The notes under the pieces were generated by a model, which had not been told where the DNA came from, did not search any database, and saw nothing but the letters and a program-made list of their open reading frames with translations. 64,000 bases of DNA from an uncultured Deferribacteres bacterium (lineage in GTDB: Bacteria > Zhuqueibacterota > Zhuqueibacteria > Zhuqueibacterales > Geothermadaptataceae), in contig CAXHAT010000001.1 in assembly GCA_964014485.1 (NCBI GenBank), positions 32,001 to 96,000 of the forward strand, given 5' to 3'. This document shows, in pieces, positions 59,210 through 64,000 of the stretch. The position numbers and the translations under genes are program-made. Each line of letters opens with the position of its first letter. Position 1 is the stretch's first letter.

Positions 59210-60684
59210 GCAACCAATTTATCGAAGATCCTCTCAAGGCGCTCTCGGATATTAGCGAGACCATCAACACGATTCACAACATCGATGATTTGCTCAAAAA
59301 GCTTCTTGACACGGCGTTAAAGACGGTCAACGCACAGCGGGGGATGGTGCTGCTTTATGACAAGGATGAACCAGGTAAGCTTAACGTCAAAATTTCTTAC
59401 AACATTGACGCGGATTCAAAACAGCCGCTCGACCAATTTTCACAAAGTATTGTTGATGCAGCGACAGATTCAGGGCAGACCGTCATTTCGTACAATGTTC
59501 TGGAAGACGAGCGCTTTAGTACGGCGCAAAGTCTTGCGAGACAAAGAATAGTTGCGGCCGCCGGTCTCCCGCTTCGGATAAAATCAAAGCCTATCGGTGT
59601 AATTTACATCGACAGCTCAGAATCACGCGGCCAATTTCGCCCGGAAATGGAGCCGTTTCTCACAGCTTTTGCGCATCAAGCGGCAATCGCTTTGGAAAAT
59701 GCGCAGATGTACGACCGCCTCAACACGGAAAATACACGTCTGCGAAAAAACCTTCAGGAAAAAAACGCCATCTCAGGCATGATCGGACGCAGCCCGGCGA
59801 TGGAGGGCGTCATCGATCTTATCACAAGCATTGCTGATACGGATGCAACAGTGCTGCTGCTTGGCGAAAGCGGCACAGGAAAAGAAGTTGCGGCAAGGGC
59901 GCTTCATTACAACAGCATGAGAAAAGAAAAGCCTTTCATCGCCTGCTTCTGCGGCTCGCTGCCCGAAGCATTGCTTGAGAGCGAACTGTTCGGGCATAAA
60001 AGAGGCGCTTTTACCGGCGCGACCCACGACAAGAAAGGGCTGTTCGAAGAGGCCGAAGGCGGCACTTTTTTTCTGGACGAAATTGGCGACATTAGCCAAC
60101 GCGTTCAAGTGCAGCTACTGCGCGTTTTACAAGAGCGCGAAGTCAAACCGATTGGCGAAAACCGCTCGAAAAAAGTCAACGTTCGCATCGTTGCCGCCAC
60201 GAACAAAGACCTCAAAAAAGAAGTTGAAGAGGGCACGTTTCGGGAAGACCTTTATTATCGTCTCAACGTGATCACGATCAAAATGCCGCCGTTGCGCGCC
60301 AGGGGCAACGACGTTGTTCTCCTCGCGCAATATTTTCTGACCAACTTCACGCAAAAATTTAATAAAAAATTGTCCGGCTTTTCAGAAGACGGCGTCGAAG
60401 CGGTTCGCGGCTACGCCTGGCCGGGAAACGTGAGAGAATTGGAAAATTGCATCGAGCGCGCCGTGTTGCTTGCAAAAAGCGAATTCATCACAGCGAAAGA
60501 CCTCCAAATTCAACCGGGCAACCCGCAACCGATTCTGCCGTCCGGCTTATCGATGAAAGACTATCAAAAACATATTGTTGAGCAAGCATTGGCCGACCAC
60601 CAAAGCAATATCAGCGAAACGGCCAGCGCCCTAGGCGTTTCGCGCCGATGGCTGCATTATCGCATCAAGGAATGGGGATTATGA
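59206..60684 (+). CDS. GAF-domain sigma54 enhancer-binding protein (Fis-HTH)
   Basis: [52 protein letters not shown]. Confidence 0.95.
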   Translation: MSNQFIEDPLKALSDISETINTIHNIDDLLKKLLDTALKTVNAQRGMVLLYDKDEPGKLNVKISYNIDADSKQPLDQFSQSIVDAATDSGQTVISYNVLEDERFSTAQSLARQRIVAAAGLPLRIKSKPIGVIYIDSSESRGQFRPEMEPFLTAFAHQAAIALENAQMYDRLNTENTRLRKNLQEKNAISGMIGRSPAMEGVIDLITSIADTDATVLLLGESGTGKEVAARALHYNSMRKEKPFIACFCGSLPEALLESELFGHKRGAFTGATHDKKGLFEEAEGGTFFLDEIGDISQRVQVQLLRVLQEREVKPIGENRSKKVNVRIVAATNKDLKKEVEEGTFREDLYYRLNVITIKMPPLRARGNDVVLLAQYFLTNFTQKFNKKLSGFSEDGVEAVRGYAWPGNVRELENCIERAVLLAKSEFITAKDLQIQPGNPQPILPSGLSMKDYQKHIVEQALADHQSNISETASALGVSRRWLHYRIKEWGL

Positions 60685-62411
60685 AAAAGGTTGGACGATA
60701 CCATGTCGTCGCGGAATTAAAGCGAAATATCCAGACGACGACGTGTCGCGGATATGATCCGCACGAAGAAAAGTTCGTTCTGCTCAAAGTTTCTAACTTT
60801 CCCGCCGTTGAACAGGATCGAGACGAACTAGACAGAATGCGCACCGAAGCGGAGATGTATCGCCAACTCCGCCATCCAAACATCGCGCGTTTTAATGAAG
60901 CGGGCGTTGAAAAAGTTTACCCTTACCTGGCGATAGAATTTATCGACGGCGCCGACCTTCGAACGCTCGTTAACGCCGCCGACCGCTTTCCTCTCGACAT
61001 TGCGATCTTCTTCATCTACGATCTGCTGTCCGGCTTAGACTATTTGCATCGTCAGAAGATTGTACATCGCGATTTGAAGCCTGAGAACATTATGATCGAC
61101 GCCGGCGGGCTGGTTAAAATTTGCGATTTCGATCTGGCGCTTGATCTTTCAGAAACGCAGGAAATTGAAGCGGAAATATCCGGATCAGTGGGGTACTTGG
61201 CGCCTGAAACGATTCTTGGAGACAAATCTTCTTTTAGCAGCGACTTATTTTCGCTCGGCGTCATCGCCTACGAAATTCTCAGCGGTTCACGCCCGTTTCA
61301 AAGCGATTCAATTTCAAACGAAACGCAAGCCACGATTCACCGTGCGGCGATACCGCTGACGCAGCTCAATCCCTCGGTGCCGACGAGGTTGGCCGGGTTC
61401 GTAGAATTATTACTCACCAAGGAAGCCGCCGGAAGACCTCAAACAGCGGGCGAAGCGCTCTCCGTGCTGAAAAACATGTGCAACCTGCCGCCCGAATCCG
61501 AATATCGGTCTGCAATGACGACGTTCGTCAGCGCACCAAAAGAATATGCCAGCGCGTTTACAAAACAATTGGTCGAAACGCTGACCGACATGCCTGCCTT
61601 CGATTTTAAAGCACGAAAAACGCCTGCGTGGCTGGCCCTGTCCATTTTTGCCGTTTTGTTTACCCTCGCACTTCTGGCAGTCCGGGAATTCTTTATATCG
61701 CCTGACCCAAATCCTGAAAAAATTACTGTGATAGACGGTCCGCCTCAATTGCGTTCAAATTCGTCAACAAATGACGCCCAGCCCAGCGAAAAAACGCCGA
61801 ACCAGAATATTGCGCAGCCTCCGTCTCAAGATAATGAAGCACAAAATCGAGAAGAGTCAAACTCAGAACCGAAAAATCCAATCGAAGAGACGGAAGACCC
61901 CGCCGTCGTGCGTTCCGTTGAGCAACCCAACCCGCCGCCGGTTGAGAAAAAGGCGTTTTTGGGAAAGGAAGTGTTTTTTGCAACCAGACCATGGTCGTTC
62001 ATTTCAATTGACGGAGATTCCGCAGGCGTTCTGGAAAACTCAGGAACGTTTTTTCTGGAAAGAGGGACGCGGAAAGTTACATTCCAAAACCCCCAAATGC
62101 CGATCGTGGATTTCAACGTTGAGGTTGGCGAGGAAAGCCCGGATACATTGCAGTACAACCTTTTCAATTATATCGGCGAGTTAGCGCTCATCATCAGCCC
62201 GTACGCTGAAAACGTCAAAATCAATGGCGAGTCCATCGAAGGCTACAGCAATAGAAAACCCATTTGGCTTCGTCCCGGCGAGCATGATCTCGAAATCGTG
62301 AACACCGCTGCGCGATCCGAGAATTTTTCCACGATTATTTCACTAAGAGCCGGACAAAAACGGACTTTTCTGATTAACCTGTTCGTGCCGACCATACAGG
62401 AGCAGCATTAG
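60681..62411 (+). CDS. Membrane Hanks-type Ser/Thr kinase with extracytoplasmic PEGA-like domains
   Basis: [21 protein letters not shown]; single TM; Pro-rich linker; ATGA overlap with the EBP. Confidence 0.9.
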   Translation: MKKVGRYHVVAELKRNIQTTTCRGYDPHEEKFVLLKVSNFPAVEQDRDELDRMRTEAEMYRQLRHPNIARFNEAGVEKVYPYLAIEFIDGADLRTLVNAADRFPLDIAIFFIYDLLSGLDYLHRQKIVHRDLKPENIMIDAGGLVKICDFDLALDLSETQEIEAEISGSVGYLAPETILGDKSSFSSDLFSLGVIAYEILSGSRPFQSDSISNETQATIHRAAIPLTQLNPSVPTRLAGFVELLLTKEAAGRPQTAGEALSVLKNMCNLPPESEYRSAMTTFVSAPKEYASAFTKQLVETLTDMPAFDFKARKTPAWLALSIFAVLFTLALLAVREFFISPDPNPEKITVIDGPPQLRSNSSTNDAQPSEKTPNQNIAQPPSQDNEAQNREESNSEPKNPIEETEDPAVVRSVEQPNPPPVEKKAFLGKEVFFATRPWSFISIDGDSAGVLENSGTFFLERGTRKVTFQNPQMPIVDFNVEVGEESPDTLQYNLFNYIGELALIISPYAENVKINGESIEGYSNRKPIWLRPGEHDLEIVNTAARSENFSTIISLRAGQKRTFLINLFVPTIQEQH

Positions 62412-62419
62412 CGCTCAAA

Positions 62420-63355
62420 ATGATGAAAAAGTCATTCATAAAAATTTGGCTTGGCGAAAAGAATATCCAAATAAATCGCCGCATTCTGACTTCTTTTTCA
62501 TGTCGACCACGTGCTCTTTTTTATTCGAGTCGTGTTTTTTTTATGTATGCGATTTTGTGTTTGTGCCTGGCAAATTCAAAGGAAGTCTCGAGTCAAACAA
62601 CTCCGGAAAACATCGTCGCAAGAATTTACCAAACAATTCGAGCAGGCGATTTTGTTTCAGCAAAAGGGATGGCAGATTCCGCCTTGGCTGATTTTCAAAA
62701 ACTTGCGCCCGCGCAGCTCGCCGCACTGCATGCAACGCGCGCCCTGTTGCACGATTTTTCAGGAAATAATCAAGGTGCGGTAAACGAACTGACCCTGGCT
62801 GCTCAACTCAATCCTTTTCTCGAACTCGACCCGCTATTTTATTCGCCGGGACTACGTGCACAGTTTGGGGAATTGAGTAAAAAGTTTCAATCGCAGACAG
62901 AAAACGCGAAAGACGATCTTCCGCCTGGTAAGGGAGAGATTCGGTATATTTCAGTGCCGGACCCGCGAATCAGTGCGGCTTGGCGCTCGCTTTTTATTCC
63001 GGGTTGGGGGCAGTTTCATAAGCAGCAAAAAAAGCGCGGGTACATTTTGGGCGGCTTAACGATATTATCCGCCGCCGTAGCGGTCAGCAGTTATTCTTGG
63101 GAACAATCGGCGCACGACAAATATCTCGTCGCGGTAGACCCCCTGGAAATTGAAGCAAAATATGAAGACTATGACCGTTTCTATCGCCTGCGCCGAACGT
63201 TTACGGCGACAACAGCACTTCTTTGGAGCATCAATTTTTTGGACGCCGTTTTTACGCCAAAATCACGCTCAAAATCTATTGCTTTCCACCCTACATCTTC
63301 CTCAGCCATTGCATTCGCGGACGGCTTTCGTGCAAGTCTGCAAATTCAATTTTAA
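62420..63355 (+). CDS. TPR-like + DUF5683-like membrane-associated protein (alternative start 62543)
   Basis: TPR-like helices, LDPLFYSP; AAWRSLFIPGWGQF; NFLDA; ends in F. Confidence 0.75.
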   Translation: MMKKSFIKIWLGEKNIQINRRILTSFSCRPRALFYSSRVFFMYAILCLCLANSKEVSSQTTPENIVARIYQTIRAGDFVSAKGMADSALADFQKLAPAQLAALHATRALLHDFSGNNQGAVNELTLAAQLNPFLELDPLFYSPGLRAQFGELSKKFQSQTENAKDDLPPGKGEIRYISVPDPRISAAWRSLFIPGWGQFHKQQKKRGYILGGLTILSAAVAVSSYSWEQSAHDKYLVAVDPLEIEAKYEDYDRFYRLRRTFTATTALLWSINFLDAVFTPKSRSKSIAFHPTSSSAIAFADGFRASLQIQF

Positions 63356-63381
63356 ATCAATCCGTTCATGACTAGTCGAGT

Positions 63382-63999
63382 TTAGTGGTCGCAGTCCTGA
63401 ACGTCAATGCTCGATTCCTGAAATGGTCTGATTTCGACCCTGCGGTTCTTGGCGCGGTTTTCTTCAGAATCATTCTCCGCTAGCGGGAAATTATGGCCGT
63501 AGCCTCTGGCGACGAGATTTCCGGGATCGACGCCTTGGGCGACAAGAAAATCGCGCACATACTTTGCTCGTTTTTGGGAAATCTTCAAGTTCGCGCAATA
63601 TTGCAGAGCGCGTCTTTCTTCCGGGACGTTTTCCAGGCTTGCGAAGCCGGCAATTTCAATTTTCGCCGATGCGTTTTCTTTTAAGGAATTCGCTATCTCA
63701 AGTAGTGCGGATTCTCCTTCGTCATCTAAACGAAACTCCTGAAACGAAAATCGAATATCCGAAATGTGAACGCTTGTTTTATCGGCCTCATTCATTGTGC
63801 TTGTCTCGCTTCCATCATCAATGAGATGCTCTTCCTGCAACGCATCGGAACTTTCCTTCGGCGCGGGCGCGAAATCTATCGGCTCGTCAACGCTGACGGA
63901 TTGCGCGGCCACCGGCGCCGCTTTCGTCGGTTGAGCAAGTTCATCCATGTGCCAATTGTTCTGCTCGTCCGTTTCGAAAATCCGATTATCGCGATCAAC
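63382..63999 (-). CDS. OmpA-like peptidoglycan-binding domain protein (5' end beyond window)
   Basis: IRFSF, IEIAGFA, NLKISQKRA, GYG..PL..N......NRRVEI; the frame stays open to the edge. Confidence 0.88.
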   Translation of the reverse strand, partial: VDRDNRIFETDEQNNWHMDELAQPTKAAPVAAQSVSVDEPIDFAPAPKESSDALQEEHLIDDGSETSTMNEADKTSVHISDIRFSFQEFRLDDEGESALLEIANSLKENASAKIEIAGFASLENVPEERRALQYCANLKISQKRAKYVRDFLVAQGVDPGNLVARGYGHNFPLAENDSEENRAKNRRVEIRPFQESSIDVQDCDH

Positions 64000-64000
64000 A

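Overview
Gene-dense, roughly 50% GC bacterial chromosome segment. The FlgD-Ig/T9SS-like C-terminal sorting domains, ADOP permeases and archaeal-type ProRS suggest an FCB-related lineage such as KSB1 or Calditrichota (inference only). From left to right: a truncated YefM antitoxin; a secreted caspase and large Ig-repeat protein cluster divergent from DUF4384 and a CHASE2 adenylate cyclase; PadR with three orphan ABC permeases; housekeeping genes (radC, glgP, era, proS, alkA, JAB-DinG, gyrA); peptidases; an NrtR regulon; a frameshifted diheme cytochrome c; and a sigma54/Ser-Thr kinase module. No rRNA, tRNA, CRISPR array or intact transposase was seen, but several REP-like palindromes are present. 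The best novelty candidates are: (1) a divergent module of lipoprotein, GAF-sigma54 activator, atypical kinase and TPR/DUF5683 protein facing a giant DUF5666-like secreted protein, with readable enhancer and promoter sites and a nearby candidate sigma54-driven sRNA; (2) an NrtR-controlled NAMPT homologue that appears catalytically dead; (3) a DUF3179 protein with a segment moved to the N-terminus; (4) an AT-rich small ORF with a triple-hairpin leader. All family assignments come from motif recognition by eye, not database searches.
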